Shown: piece by piece, positions 1 to 10,122 of the stretch
Position numbering within the stretch: the first letter of the stretch is position 1
How the letters are laid out: every line of letters starts with the position of its first letter
Source: a virus
Taxonomy: Duplodnaviria > Caudoviricetes
Length of the DNA stretch: 64,000 nt
Virus record (IMG/VR): IMGVR_UViG_2690315807_000003
Span: 3,696-67,695 of that record
Reading direction: 5' to 3' (one strand)
Made by a program: the position numbers and the translations under genes
The notes under the pieces: generated by a model
Databases searched by the model: none
Told to the model about the DNA's origin: nothing
Seen by the model: the letters and a program-made list of their open reading frames with translations, nothing else

Positions 1-49
1 GCGGAATAACAATGAAGAATTGCTAAAAGATATCGGATAGAAAATTATC

Positions 50-87
50 AGCTTTATCGACTCAGAAAAGTCGGTAGAGCTTTTTTT
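50..87 (+). terminator. Intrinsic terminator of a gene ending near nt 40
   Basis: agctttatcgact-cagaaa-agtcggtagagct followed by T-run. Confidence 0.7.
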
Positions 88-186
88 ATTTCATCTAACA
101 CTTACTTGAATATATAGGTTTATTTGTTTAGACATTACATTTCGTGCGCTTTATGATACATATTATTCTAAGAAAAGGGGATTAAC

Positions 187-1305
187 ATGAAAAAATATCT
201 ATACTTTCTTTTAATGTTTTTGATGATAGGAGTTATGTCTTTAAAATTCAATGTGAACATATCACATGCTGAAGAAACATTTTCGGAGAATCTTATACCC
301 ATAATGGCATCTCCAACTTCTCCGTCAGGCAGAGTAACTTCTAGTGAATATTGGCAAGATACTAATGATTGGAAGGCATTTGATGGAGTCGAACAATACT
401 CTACCTCTCCAGGTAAGTATAATGCTTGGGGTACGACTAAAAAAACGGGATGGTTATCGTATGAATTTTCTAACCCACAGAAAGTTGCTAAGTATGTTAT
501 CGGGTATGGGGGGTTTGTGGGTACGTCCGAGTTCGGATCTCAGCCAAAGGATTGGACATTTGAAGGATCAGACGATGGTTTAGAATGGCATATTTTAGAT
601 ACTCAAAAAAACGTGACATCATGGATCAAAAATACTTCTAAAACTTATATAATTGAAAATAATAAAGCATATAAATTTTACAGAATTAACGTAACTGCAA
701 ACAACGGTTCCTCCTCCCAAGTAGTTAATCTTACTATACACGAACTAAAAATGATGGAAAGAACCACTCCCCTACCTAATGAGTCTATTGATCTTATTGC
801 CTCTGGTAGTGATTCAAAAGTCGTTCTTAATTGGAAATACTCCAACGACTCAAATAATGAGTCATATACAATTTCCAGATCAGATATTATTGGTGGACCT
901 TATACAGTTATATCTTCAAATACAAAAGGTTCTAGTTTTACAGACAACAATTTGATAAATGGTAAAACATACTATTATATTGTCTCTCAAACCGGAACGG
1001 ATCTAGTTTCTAACGAGGCTGCCGCTACACCACAAAAAGTAAATATTACCGATCCAGAACCCAGCGGCAACCGTGCTATTTTGAACGTAATAATGACAAC
1101 TGGTCTGGAAAAAGAATATGATCTTCCAATGAGTGATGTAATTGCATTCCTCAACTGGTACGATTCTCGTGATGCCGGAACAGGCCCAGCTAAATTCGCT
1201 ATCAACAAATACAGTAACAACAAAGGACCATTTAGCAAGCGTACAGATTATGTAATATTCGATAAGATACTGACGTTTGAAGTAAGTGAATATACATCCA
1301 ACTAA
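187..1305 (+). CDS. Secreted protein with discoidin (F5/8 type C)-like and FN3-like domains
   Basis: Signal peptide; WKAFDG, WLSYEF, PKDWTFEGSDDG, YKFYRINVT motifs; FN3-like VVLNW..YTISRS..FTD..GKTYYY; RBS aagggg. Confidence 0.75.
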   Translation: MKKYLYFLLMFLMIGVMSLKFNVNISHAEETFSENLIPIMASPTSPSGRVTSSEYWQDTNDWKAFDGVEQYSTSPGKYNAWGTTKKTGWLSYEFSNPQKVAKYVIGYGGFVGTSEFGSQPKDWTFEGSDDGLEWHILDTQKNVTSWIKNTSKTYIIENNKAYKFYRINVTANNGSSSQVVNLTIHELKMMERTTPLPNESIDLIASGSDSKVVLNWKYSNDSNNESYTISRSDIIGGPYTVISSNTKGSSFTDNNLINGKTYYYIVSQTGTDLVSNEAAATPQKVNITDPEPSGNRAILNVIMTTGLEKEYDLPMSDVIAFLNWYDSRDAGTGPAKFAINKYSNNKGPFSKRTDYVIFDKILTFEVSEYTSN

Positions 1306-1310
1306 AAAGA

Positions 1311-1347
1311 AAAGAGCAGCGAGGCCTGAGCCCCCTGCTCTTTTTTC
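1311..1347 (+). terminator. Intrinsic terminator
   Basis: aaagagcag...ctgctcttttt stem-loop after 187..1305. Confidence 0.7.
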
Positions 1348-1517
1348 TACCAGTATTTCGATGTATCAAAGCTTACGTACAGACATAAACTAGATTTAAG
1401 ATTCTATGAAATTTGATGTGTACTTATTTTAAATTTGTTTTATCTGTAGTTTCTCTAATTGTTTCTAAGAACTTTCCAACAAGAATAAGTTTGTTTGTTT
1501 ATAATAAAAATGAATCA

Positions 1518-2480
1518 CTATAGAAATCTAGGTATATAACTTGTCGCTGAAGTATGACTCAGCTTAAGAATTTTCGTTAAAAACTCTATGATCATATCAT
1601 TTCCTAATTTTTCATATTGCGCTTTATTCAAAGGCTGGCAATTATAGTACGTATTAAAAAGGTTTCTCATTGAAGCAATAAATGCTTTCTCATTTTCCTT
1701 TGTGGTTTTTAAATATCTTGATTCGGCTTCAGATACATCTGCATGTGCAACTCGAGTAGCAATTACATAGTTTAAATCATATAGTGATTGAATAGGAGTA
1801 GACCATCCCTCACCTCGAAATAATTGGTTAGAGATACTCGTTTCGGCTGTAGAAATTTTTATTTGTAAATTTGTATCGAATGTGCGAAAGCGTTCAGATA
1901 CTACCCTACAAGCTGAGTATTCACCTAGTATTGCCCACGCAAAATTCGCTATTCTATGTCCTCTAATTGATTTGTATTCTTCATTCCCATACTTCGAATG
2001 TACACTTACACTGTCTCTGGCATGTACTAATTCATGAGCAAGAACTTCACAGAATTCTCTATTTTTAGCTTCATCATACTCATGAATGTACCCGCCTTTG
2101 TTAATTCCCATTTTAAATGATCGAACTCTTATCGTAATTGATAATTTTGCATCTTCACTCAATACTGCACACTCTCCAGCGTCATAAAGATCGCTAACAA
2201 TTTCAATCCTATCTATTTTATCCCCAATACCCGATATGTTTAATTCTCCCTGTATTGATTGAAAATACTTATCCTTTTGAAAGTAAGTGATTTTTCCACT
2301 GTCTCTGTCTTCATAGTGTTCTGGAAAGGGACGTACTCTATCTTTTTCCTTAAAAAAAATCTTATTCTCTAATTCATTAAACTTTACTTCCTGTACTTCC
2401 TTTACTTCAAATTGAGTCTCTTCTTCCATATAAGCATCATGAACCACAGTGTTGTTCTTTTTTCTAAACCAGTTAAACAG
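1518..2480 (-). CDS. Hypothetical protein with HEXXH zinc-metallopeptidase motif; possible CTG start at 2480
   Basis: LAHELVH plus downstream E (LGEYSA); in-frame CTG after GGAGTG gives MFNWFRKK N-terminus. Confidence 0.6.
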   Translation of the reverse strand: MFNWFRKKNNTVVHDAYMEEETQFEVKEVQEVKFNELENKIFFKEKDRVRPFPEHYEDRDSGKITYFQKDKYFQSIQGELNISGIGDKIDRIEIVSDLYDAGECAVLSEDAKLSITIRVRSFKMGINKGGYIHEYDEAKNREFCEVLAHELVHARDSVSVHSKYGNEEYKSIRGHRIANFAWAILGEYSACRVVSERFRTFDTNLQIKISTAETSISNQLFRGEGWSTPIQSLYDLNYVIATRVAHADVSEAESRYLKTTKENEKAFIASMRNLFNTYYNCQPLNKAQYEKLGNDMIIEFLTKILKLSHTSATSYIPRFL

Positions 2481-2539
2481 TAACTTTCACTCCAATCTAC
2501 AAATTCGTATGTAAAACCTTAATTATTTTTGTAAAGCAA

Positions 2540-2827
2540 TCATCTAATCTCCCGATTATAAGCACTCGCAAAAGTAATTCCAACAATTTGAGCCAGATCG
2601 CAATCTGCAAAATCTGGATGAGTCTCAATCAAACCATATACTACATTGAATGTTCTTTGTGCAAGTTCATCTTCTTCTAGCTTTGTATCAGAATTAACTC
2701 TGACAGTTCTGTTTATGAAATCTTCTGCATCATTCTTACAAGTTCTTAAATTGACTATGACAGTGTATGAGAACTGATGATTTTTACTTTGTTCCTTTAC
2801 AAGATCATTCATCGGGTAATATTTCAT
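2540..2827 (-). CDS. Hypothetical protein
   Basis: 95 aa ORF with RBS gaaggag and upstream sigmaH-like promoter. Confidence 0.65.
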   Translation of the reverse strand: MKYYPMNDLVKEQSKNHQFSYTVIVNLRTCKNDAEDFINRTVRVNSDTKLEEDELAQRTFNVVYGLIETHPDFADCDLAQIVGITFASAYNREIR

Positions 2828-2904
2828 TCAGAGTTCTCCTTCCCTAAAATTAAACATAATGTAATACTTCGACAAATTAATACATATTCCTTTTCCCCTC
2901 ATAC

Positions 2905-2943
2905 AAAAGTCCCCCACAAGGTTTATGCTTGTGGGGGACTTTC
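2905..2943. terminator. Strong hairpin, probably bidirectional terminator
   Basis: aaagtcccccacaag-gtttatg-cttgtgggggacttt inverted repeat. Confidence 0.75.
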
Positions 2944-3144
2944 TAGCAAGATCAACAGTTTTTCACTCAATTATAATCTGATTCTTTACGTAAAAATTTC
3001 TAATCTGTTGCCTACTCTACTATTCATAACTCTATTATCTGAAAGGTTTATGTATAGAGCTCCTGAATTCCGACCATAATCTTATCGTCCTTACGCCTAC
3101 TGTCACATTGAGGACACTGCCATTTTTTTCAGATTGAAAAGGAG

Positions 3145-3579
3145 TTAAAATGAAAGTCCATTTAGCATTTGTAACATCTCGTCCATTTTATTCATGCCTT
3201 TTATTATAGTCTCGAACAAAGTTAAGATAATGCTTGAAAAAAGCCACAAAAAAATAAAATTCAACATCGTCCCCATACAAAATATAAAAATTTTATAACC
3301 TAAAGAATCTCTCAACTCAAAAACGCTTAATCTGGATAGCTCGCTTAATGTATACGCTGTGGATGCTATGCTGATGGCTCTTGGTAAAATTAATTGTAGT
3401 ACTGTAATTGTAATATCTCCCTGCATATAATATATAAGATATACAATATCAATAGCCAACAACATGTTACCTAAGATCGGTATATTTCCAACTACACTAC
3501 TCTCAAAAAAGCCAAAACTCAATAACTGAATAACAATTGCACTTAGTAGTGAGATTAGTAAGAACATCCCATTATTCAA
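3145..3579 (-). CDS. Multi-pass membrane protein
   Basis: 144 aa with about four hydrophobic segments. Confidence 0.5.
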   Translation of the reverse strand: MNNGMFLLISLLSAIVIQLLSFGFFESSVVGNIPILGNMLLAIDIVYLIYYMQGDITITVLQLILPRAISIASTAYTLSELSRLSVFELRDSLGYKIFIFCMGTMLNFIFLWLFSSIILTLFETIIKGMNKMDEMLQMLNGLSF

Positions 3580-3849
3580 TTTAAAATCACATTCTCGGCA
3601 GACAAATTAATTCCTCCTTTTGTGGATAATACGAATCACTTCTTAGTTAGTGCCACTCTAAATCAAACTTATCTCTAAAATATCTACTGCCTGCTAACTT
3701 TACTGATACATGTACCTGGGACAATGCTGCCAAGAAGAATTCTGTTTATGCTTGCAATACTCGCATCCATACATTTTTATAGAAAATTATACCTAGGTCT
3801 GATAGACTATGTTTTGTTGTTAATTATTACTATATCAGGAGGATGAAGA

Positions 3850-4557
3850 TTGAAAAAGCCTATACAGAAAAAATGGTGGTTTTGGCTTATTGTTGTGATT
3901 ATAGTGGGAGGTATCTTTGGCAACAAAGATGAGGAGCAAACTGAGAAAGAAGCAGTTGCGACAACCGAAGTATCTGTTCCTGCTGAAACCAAGCCAGAAA
4001 CTGTTGTTGCTGAAAAATCTGCTACTAAGTCCGAGGAAGTTAAGGTAGCAAAAGAGAATGTAAAGAAGCAAGAGGATAAGAACTTAGAAATACCAGGAAC
4101 TCTGGGAATGACTCCGGAAGAATTTCGTAAATCGTTCAATAAACGCGCAGATGAGCTTAATAACTCCAAACTGAAAATTGGCAAGAAATTAAACATCGAA
4201 ACTGGACCAGCTCAAGATGTATTCCAGTATATGACCACTGATTACATAGGTATAGCCGGCTCAGTAAACAAAGCAGACGGATCATTACGTGATGTAATGA
4301 TGATAGGACAAGGTAACGGTACTCTTTCATCTGGAACAGATCTTGTTTTAACTATCGGTTTAGTCATACTTGCAACCAATCCAGAATTACCATCAAAATC
4401 TGTTGGTAATGTTCTTGATGACCTGGGTATTCTTAATGAAGGCGTGGATTGGACAACAGTTAACGAATCAACAGAACTAAACGGTATTCGTTATAGAATA
4501 ACTGGATCTGATGCTATTGGAATAATGTTTAGTGCTAGTGACGCAAAAGAGAAATAA
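3850..4557 (+). CDS. Membrane-anchored extracellular protein
   Basis: KKPIQKKWWFWLIVV anchor, low-complexity E/K/T linker, globular C-terminus; RBS aggagg. Confidence 0.8.
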   Translation: MKKPIQKKWWFWLIVVIIVGGIFGNKDEEQTEKEAVATTEVSVPAETKPETVVAEKSATKSEEVKVAKENVKKQEDKNLEIPGTLGMTPEEFRKSFNKRADELNNSKLKIGKKLNIETGPAQDVFQYMTTDYIGIAGSVNKADGSLRDVMMIGQGNGTLSSGTDLVLTIGLVILATNPELPSKSVGNVLDDLGILNEGVDWTTVNESTELNGIRYRITGSDAIGIMFSASDAKEK

Positions 4558-4574
4558 TTATTAAGGAGACCATC

Positions 4575-5126
4575 ATGAAAAGAATACTAGCTCTACTTTG
4601 TGCCATGGCAATGTTTGGATTTATATGTACCCCGTCAAACGTCGATGCAGCTACCGTAAATCCAAAAAAACTTTTAGAAAAGAAATACCCTAGAGAACGT
4701 GTAACCATTAGTAAATCTGTAGATCTGAACGGTGACAATAAAAAAGAACATTTATTGATAACCGATTCAGATAACTTTTACTTCATTAACTCTAAAGGAG
4801 TTATCGTGCTGATAGATACGGATTACTATAGCGATGAAGATCCCACATTCCATATCCTAAGTATCTCGGCTAAAGAAAAGCATGTAGCCATTACACTTGA
4901 CTATTTACCATCAAATACTGAACTGCTCGTTTACAAGTATCAGAATGGAACTCTTAAAAAGAAGTTATCTGTTATGGGGGATGTTGGGATAAACATTTCG
5001 AAAACCGGGGAAATAAATCAACTGTGGAAAAGCCACTACCCAGAAGGCGGATGGGAGATTGCTGTTGCAAACTATAAGTGGAATAGTAAGAAGGATAAGT
5101 ATGTAGGTTCTGGTCAATTACCTTAG
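4575..5126 (+). CDS. Secreted protein
   Basis: Signal peptide; DLNGD motif; RBS aaggag. Confidence 0.8.
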   Translation: MKRILALLCAMAMFGFICTPSNVDAATVNPKKLLEKKYPRERVTISKSVDLNGDNKKEHLLITDSDNFYFINSKGVIVLIDTDYYSDEDPTFHILSISAKEKHVAITLDYLPSNTELLVYKYQNGTLKKKLSVMGDVGINISKTGEINQLWKSHYPEGGWEIAVANYKWNSKKDKYVGSGQLP

Positions 5127-5139
5127 TGAGGTTATAAAA

Positions 5140-5173
5140 AGGATCTATCGGCATGATTGGCCGGTAGATCCTT
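5140..5173 (+). terminator. Intrinsic terminator
   Basis: aaggatctatcggc-atgattg-gccggtagatcctt. Confidence 0.7.
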
Positions 5174-5414
5174 ATTCAGCTCTCCTATAAAAAGATACTA
5201 CTTCTAGATCTTCAAACCTGCTCTTATTTCTTTTGCTTATACTATTCTTCGTCTCAACTCTTCTTTAAATAAGAACTTTCAACTCAGCCACACACTCCAC
5301 TTATTTTTGATGGTTCATTTGATAACTCTACAGGATAATGAATAAAAAACTATCTTTATACTCTTTATACCATTAAACTAATCTTAAATCATATCCAAAA
5401 TATAATATCAAAGG

Positions 5415-6341
5415 ATGAGACAAATGCCTCAAGCGAAAGTTATTTCATTCATTAATATGAAAGGGGGAGTTGGAAAAACTACGTTAACTATAAATGTTGC
5501 TGATCAACTTGCGAGCAAAGGCAATAAAGTAGTCGTTATAGATATGGATCCACAATTTAACGCTACTCAAAGTCTTTTACTACATAAAACTCAATTAACT
5601 TCAATCACTCCTATGAATTCGGATGTTATCGATGAAGATAATAATGTTGCAGAAGAAGATATTAGAAAAGAAATGACGTCTGCCAATGAATATGATGAAC
5701 TTTCCACAGCCGGATTAACAGTGCTTCAGATTTTTGGATCGTCCGATGTGGCAAAACCGGCTGATAACCCATCGTTAGTTCAAAAAATCAAGGATAATCT
5801 TTATTTAATTCCTGGAGATTTAAGATTAGCCAAAGAAGTCTCAGGAGATACTGCGGGTAAAGTTGCTGCGGTTTTTTCACACGTTGATAAAACACAAATA
5901 TTATTAGAATATGATTATGTGTTAATCGATTGTCCCCCAACATGGTCTATACTAACACATTCAAGTCTATTTGCTTCAGACTATTACATTGTACCAAGTA
6001 AAGTAGATTTTTATTCATCAATCGGTATACAACTTCTCGAAGAGCAAATAAGTAAAAAAATTATCAATGATGATATCTTTAAAATGACTGAGAAGAAATT
6101 AACGAGATTAGGAGTTATTTTCACCCTAGTCCACAGGAATATTAGAGCTGAGGAAAGCAGGATGACGAATCTCAAAGATAAATTCCCCGAGATCGAATTT
6201 TTCAGGACTAATTTGCCACACATGCCATCAATTCCTACTAGGTTCGTAATGTACAGTGATGCACGCAATTCCTCTCTGTATGATCAATTACATAACTCCT
6301 TAGAGAGAATAGTTGCTGAAATTGAAGGAAAAGTTAATTAA
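5415..6341 (+). CDS. ParA/Soj-family ATPase
   Basis: Deviant Walker A MKGGVGKTT, IDMDPQFNAT, Walker B YVLIDCPP. Confidence 0.9.
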   Translation: MRQMPQAKVISFINMKGGVGKTTLTINVADQLASKGNKVVVIDMDPQFNATQSLLLHKTQLTSITPMNSDVIDEDNNVAEEDIRKEMTSANEYDELSTAGLTVLQIFGSSDVAKPADNPSLVQKIKDNLYLIPGDLRLAKEVSGDTAGKVAAVFSHVDKTQILLEYDYVLIDCPPTWSILTHSSLFASDYYIVPSKVDFYSSIGIQLLEEQISKKIINDDIFKMTEKKLTRLGVIFTLVHRNIRAEESRMTNLKDKFPEIEFFRTNLPHMPSIPTRFVMYSDARNSSLYDQLHNSLERIVAEIEGKVN

Positions 6342-6355
6342 GGAGGGCCGTCGTT

Positions 6356-6772
6356 ATGGATGAAAGAACACTTGGAAAAATTAAAGATGACCTTAAAGTT
6401 ATTTCTTCGAATAAGCTAAATTCTCACCAAAGCAAGTTGTTTCTAGTAGGAATTTTGCATGAAATAATACTGCGTAAAGATTTGTTTCCTAAAAACGGAG
6501 ATCTCAAAATATTTATTAATATACTTATTGTTGAGCCTATAGGTAGTTTGAGCCCCTTCCGAGATTACATTTTTTTATCGAGGACTTTACTAGCCTCAAG
6601 AGTAAGCAATATTATTCTTAAACAATTCCAGTTCAGGGATGTCATAAAAACTGTCGACATATTAAACAATGTCCTTCCCTCTTCTGAAAAAATACCTTCA
6701 AACCATTCTAAAAACCTTAATGAGAGAGAGTTAGATGATTGGATGAATTTTATTAGAGGTAACAATAAATGA
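6356..6772 (+). CDS. Hypothetical protein, second gene of ParA operon
   Basis: RBS aaggagg; stop overlaps start of next gene. Confidence 0.8.
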   Translation: MDERTLGKIKDDLKVISSNKLNSHQSKLFLVGILHEIILRKDLFPKNGDLKIFINILIVEPIGSLSPFRDYIFLSRTLLASRVSNIILKQFQFRDVIKTVDILNNVLPSSEKIPSNHSKNLNERELDDWMNFIRGNNK

Positions 6773-7476
6773 GATTGATACAAGACTATCAAGATCAACT
6801 TCAGACTATTTTGCATTCTCAAGGAAATGAATTTATTAAAACAGAATACGGTGTAATTATTGAAGTTAATTTTTCTTACTTGTATGCACTTAATCTTATT
6901 GCAAGAAGAATTGAGTTAGAGAGATTTTTTAATACACAGTACTTTAGTATCGCCTATTCTTGTCTAATTGAATCTTACTCCCTTGCGCTTGATAATCATT
7001 CAAGAGGTTCTGCTTTGGTGTTGAGAAGTGCTCTGGAGAACTTCCTGAAAAGTGCAATTAGTGTTGCTGGAAACGGATCTTATATAATTAATGATAGATC
7101 CTATTCGGCAAATAAAAAAACATTGGAATTAATAATCGATGATGTGTACCCAGAAAAATACAAAGTTATATTTAAAAGAACAACTGACCAAATGAATAGA
7201 ATCTATGGTATATTATCCGGTTTATCCCATTCTTTGACTCCAGAGAGCCAAAATAATATGCTTTCATTTTTTTCGGATGTTAAGACCGTTTCAAGAGATA
7301 GGCTGAACTTTGTATTCAATAACATGAAGCTTGTATTTGAATATATTTTCACTTCCAGCCTTCTTGTGGCCAGATCCAGTCTTGAATTATGGGAACGTTC
7401 CACACTAAAAGATATACTTTCGTTGGTATATGGAACAAAGAGAACCGCAAAAACGCTCCTTCTATTTGTCCCTTAA
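6769..7476 (+). CDS. Hypothetical protein, possibly HEPN/DUF4145-like
   Basis: Helical; LRSALENFLK and IYGILSGLSH segments resemble HEPN-superfamily motifs (inference). Confidence 0.6.
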   Translation: MRLIQDYQDQLQTILHSQGNEFIKTEYGVIIEVNFSYLYALNLIARRIELERFFNTQYFSIAYSCLIESYSLALDNHSRGSALVLRSALENFLKSAISVAGNGSYIINDRSYSANKKTLELIIDDVYPEKYKVIFKRTTDQMNRIYGILSGLSHSLTPESQNNMLSFFSDVKTVSRDRLNFVFNNMKLVFEYIFTSSLLVARSSLELWERSTLKDILSLVYGTKRTAKTLLLFVP

Positions 7477-7479
7477 ACT

Positions 7480-7509
7480 ACCCCCTGCCGACTTCTAGCG
7501 GGCAGGGGT
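7480..7509. terminator. Hairpin between convergent ParA operon and endolysin
   Basis: accccctgcc...ggcaggggt inverted repeat. Confidence 0.7.
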
Positions 7510-7564
7510 CTACAGCTTTCCTGACACTACTGATTCTTCTGCTACTCCTTCCAAAAAAATATAA

Positions 7565-8431
7565 CTACACTTTAATGTCGTTTTCTTTACGATAAAAGAT
7601 AACAAGTTGTCTCCAAAAGTCGTAGCTGCCTGTCTCATCCGCAATATACGGTTTGTAGAAATAATAGGCTTCCTTGGCCCAATTCGGACATGGCATGTTG
7701 TCCTTATCCTTCTGAGCTGCTATCCATTTAGCTTGTCCCTCGACAGTTGCCTTCAGTTCCTCCATTTGTTTCTTTTCTTCTAATGTCATTGGGTCTCCCT
7801 CCCCATCCTTAATTCGTTTGATTTCAGCTCTGATACACGGAATGAACCCTCGTTCAGCAGCAGATCGTGTATTCCCGTCACCGAAGAATTTTGTGCCCGG
7901 ACAAGTCTTGCTGGACTTACCTTTCTCATAATTACCTAACCATGCTCCAGAATCCGTATACCAGGCGTGATACACAATATGGGATGTATCAATAGGTATG
8001 TTTAGTTTTAGTGCGAGACAAGCGTATAAGTGGACTACAGCTTGTTTCTGAATTGCTGCCATCATGTCTCCACCTTGATCAAAGTTTCCGATAATCTCTA
8101 TACACAAACCGCCTGTGTTCGCTCCCTTGATTCCAGCAGGCGTTTTATTGAGATCCCGATCTAAACTGATGGCGATACGTCCATCCTCAAGTACAGTTAT
8201 GTTCTGCCCTGTACCGGACCATCCCTGAGATAAATGGAAAGTCCTCATTCCCTCAAGACATTTCCAGACATCCTGTTTGGCTACTCCATTGACCACCTGA
8301 CGAGTAGTATAGTTGGGCGCAGCCGTATGATGGACCTGGAGCTTGCCTATGCTTCTTGTTATCTTCTGTTTGTCGAGCCACCCTTTAAATTCGGATGGCT
8401 CCAGAAGCAAGAAATTCCCCTTTGAGATCAT
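7565..8431 (-). CDS. Endolysin, N-acetylmuramoyl-L-alanine amidase (Amidase_2 type)
   Basis: QVHHTA, CIEIIGNFD, VYH, KTCPG zinc-amidase motifs; follows holins. Confidence 0.9.
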   Translation of the reverse strand: MISKGNFLLLEPSEFKGWLDKQKITRSIGKLQVHHTAAPNYTTRQVVNGVAKQDVWKCLEGMRTFHLSQGWSGTGQNITVLEDGRIAISLDRDLNKTPAGIKGANTGGLCIEIIGNFDQGGDMMAAIQKQAVVHLYACLALKLNIPIDTSHIVYHAWYTDSGAWLGNYEKGKSSKTCPGTKFFGDGNTRSAAERGFIPCIRAEIKRIKDGEGDPMTLEEKKQMEELKATVEGQAKWIAAQKDKDNMPCPNWAKEAYYFYKPYIADETGSYDFWRQLVIFYRKENDIKV

Positions 8432-8697
8432 GACTGTTCAGTTCCTTTCTTCGCTTGCTTAATCACCTGGTTACCGAACACTGCAAATGCTCCAACCAAT
8501 ATTCCCTGGATAAGCGATTCAGGAGACCAGCCAAGCGTCCAACTTGTAATAACAATAGCGAATGCAGTCACAATGAAAACAATGGTCCAATCAGGAATCT
8601 TTGGTATGCGTTTGATTCCAATACCAAGTGCCCAGCATGCAGCCAATACAATAAACAGCTTAGGATCAATAAGTGAAAATACAGTATTCCAATCCAT
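8428..8697 (-). CDS. Phage holin
   Basis: 89 aa, three TM segments, IPDWTIV and QGILVGAFAVFGNQVIKQ holin-like pattern; overlaps lysin. Confidence 0.85.
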   Translation of the reverse strand: MDWNTVFSLIDPKLFIVLAACWALGIGIKRIPKIPDWTIVFIVTAFAIVITSWTLGWSPESLIQGILVGAFAVFGNQVIKQAKKGTEQS

Positions 8698-8700
8698 ATC

Positions 8701-9003
8701 CTATACGCCCCCCGTTTTCAAAATCAGAACAATTGCTCCGATAGCTATACCAATCAGGGTTGTAGCAATAGTCCTCCACAACCAGGTCTGAGCATTCTCA
8801 ATCTTATCGAGCCTGTGATGGGCCGATTTGGTGGATTGCATAGCTTCCTTTGCCAGATCTCGTGTAGCTTCCAACGTGGCAGCCATTGCCGGTACTCCTT
8901 CGAGTGTCTTTTCCATCCGGGCCAATTGAACCTGGATACCCATAAGAACTTTTGTAGTCTCTTCCACAACACTGTTCACCTCACTTATAGTTGTGTCAGT
9001 CAA
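8701..9003 (-). CDS. XhlA-like lysis protein
   Basis: Coiled coil, KSAHHRLDKIE, WLWRT then C-terminal TM; lysis cassette position. Confidence 0.75.
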   Translation of the reverse strand: MTDTTISEVNSVVEETTKVLMGIQVQLARMEKTLEGVPAMAATLEATRDLAKEAMQSTKSAHHRLDKIENAQTWLWRTIATTLIGIAIGAIVLILKTGGV

Positions 9004-9043
9004 ATTAATCCCCCATCTCTCTGTTCAGGATAAATTTCCTGAC

Positions 9044-9247
9044 CTATTCAACAACTTCTTGTTTATCTTTTTGTTCTTGAATCTCAATTGCTGCTAGTGC
9101 ATTCCCGATCTCCAAATCTAAAGCTGTCAGAATCTCTTTTTGATTAAGTGGATGCGAGCTAAGAACCGCAGAGATTACCTGGGTCAATTCTTCAACCGGT
9201 TTATTCAAATCCATTTCAACTTGGAGTGTATGTGTCATCTTTGCCAA
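9044..9247 (-). CDS. Small hypothetical protein heading lysis cassette
   Basis: RBS gaggagg; 67 aa. Confidence 0.7.
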   Translation of the reverse strand: MAKMTHTLQVEMDLNKPVEELTQVISAVLSSHPLNQKEILTALDLEIGNALAAIEIQEQKDKQEVVE

Positions 9248-9273
9248 GACCTTTCCTCCTCTCTATACGAAAA

Positions 9274-9350
9274 TAAGCCCCTTCCAATTAAGGAATAGGG
9301 CTTTATAGATTTATTATCTTTTATCTTTGTTACGGAGTGGCTACGGATTT
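9274..9350 (-). promoter_or_regulatory. Candidate late promoter plus leader terminator upstream of lysis cassette
   Basis: AAATCCGTAG motif, GATAAT at matching spacing, then hairpin aagccc..gggctt and T-rich tail. Confidence 0.5.
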
Positions 9351-9394
9351 ATAGTCACACAAACAAAAAAAGAGTCCGTAGAGAACGGACCCAA

Positions 9395-10120
9395 TTAATT
9401 CCCGATGAACTTTTTGAAATCTAATTCGTATACTGCGTAGTCGTCTTTCCCATTGTACAGAAAAAGTACTTCCGCAGGTTTATTAAAATCAATTTCTTCT
9501 CCGACAGAGAACACTGCATAACCTTCTTCTCTGTTGTATTGTTTACTTGTAGGAGATAGATCATCATCATATGACACATTCGATTTAATTGAATTGGATT
9601 TATATCCATTTGATGCAGGTTGAAGCACAGTTTCACCTTGCCTTAAAACAACGTGAAATTGTTTGCTTGTATCGTAAATGTCCTTATAAGCAGTTGTCTT
9701 GAAGGAGAGAACATTTTCAATTACATCTGATTTTGCTTCTTCAGCAGTATAAGTGTTCATCTTTTGTGATGCATGATAGGCGTTCTGTACAATAATTGAT
9801 TGCGGGCTGTAAAGTGATACAAATGGTGGGTATTCCTTTGCTGTTACAAGAGCATTCTCTTTCAGCGGAAGTCTAAGACCCTTTAAATAATTGAAATAGT
9901 CATACCCTTCAAATCCTTCAGCCTTTCGAATGAGCGAGTCTATAACAAAGGCGCTGGGATGGTAAAACCGATCAAAGGTAGTGATATCCGTTGTCTCAGT
10001 TACACTTGCTCTAACATCGTCCGGTTTATCCAACGACTTGTCTATAATCGCAATTACAATAAACAGAACCACTAAAACTATTATCGACCAGAATACAATG
10101 TTTCCTTTTTTAGTATTCAT
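9395..10120 (-). CDS. Membrane-anchored accessory protein
   Basis: N-terminal TM helix; lies between tail and lysis genes. Confidence 0.75.
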   Translation of the reverse strand: MNTKKGNIVFWSIIVLVVLFIVIAIIDKSLDKPDDVRASVTETTDITTFDRFYHPSAFVIDSLIRKAEGFEGYDYFNYLKGLRLPLKENALVTAKEYPPFVSLYSPQSIIVQNAYHASQKMNTYTAEEAKSDVIENVLSFKTTAYKDIYDTSKQFHVVLRQGETVLQPASNGYKSNSIKSNVSYDDDLSPTSKQYNREEGYAVFSVGEEIDFNKPAEVLFLYNGKDDYAVYELDFKKFIGN

Positions 10121-10122
10121 GA

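Noticed and set aside
5170-5295. Possible decayed Spo0E-like gene on minus strand
   Set aside because: Needs several stops and frameshifts to read; too weak without a search.
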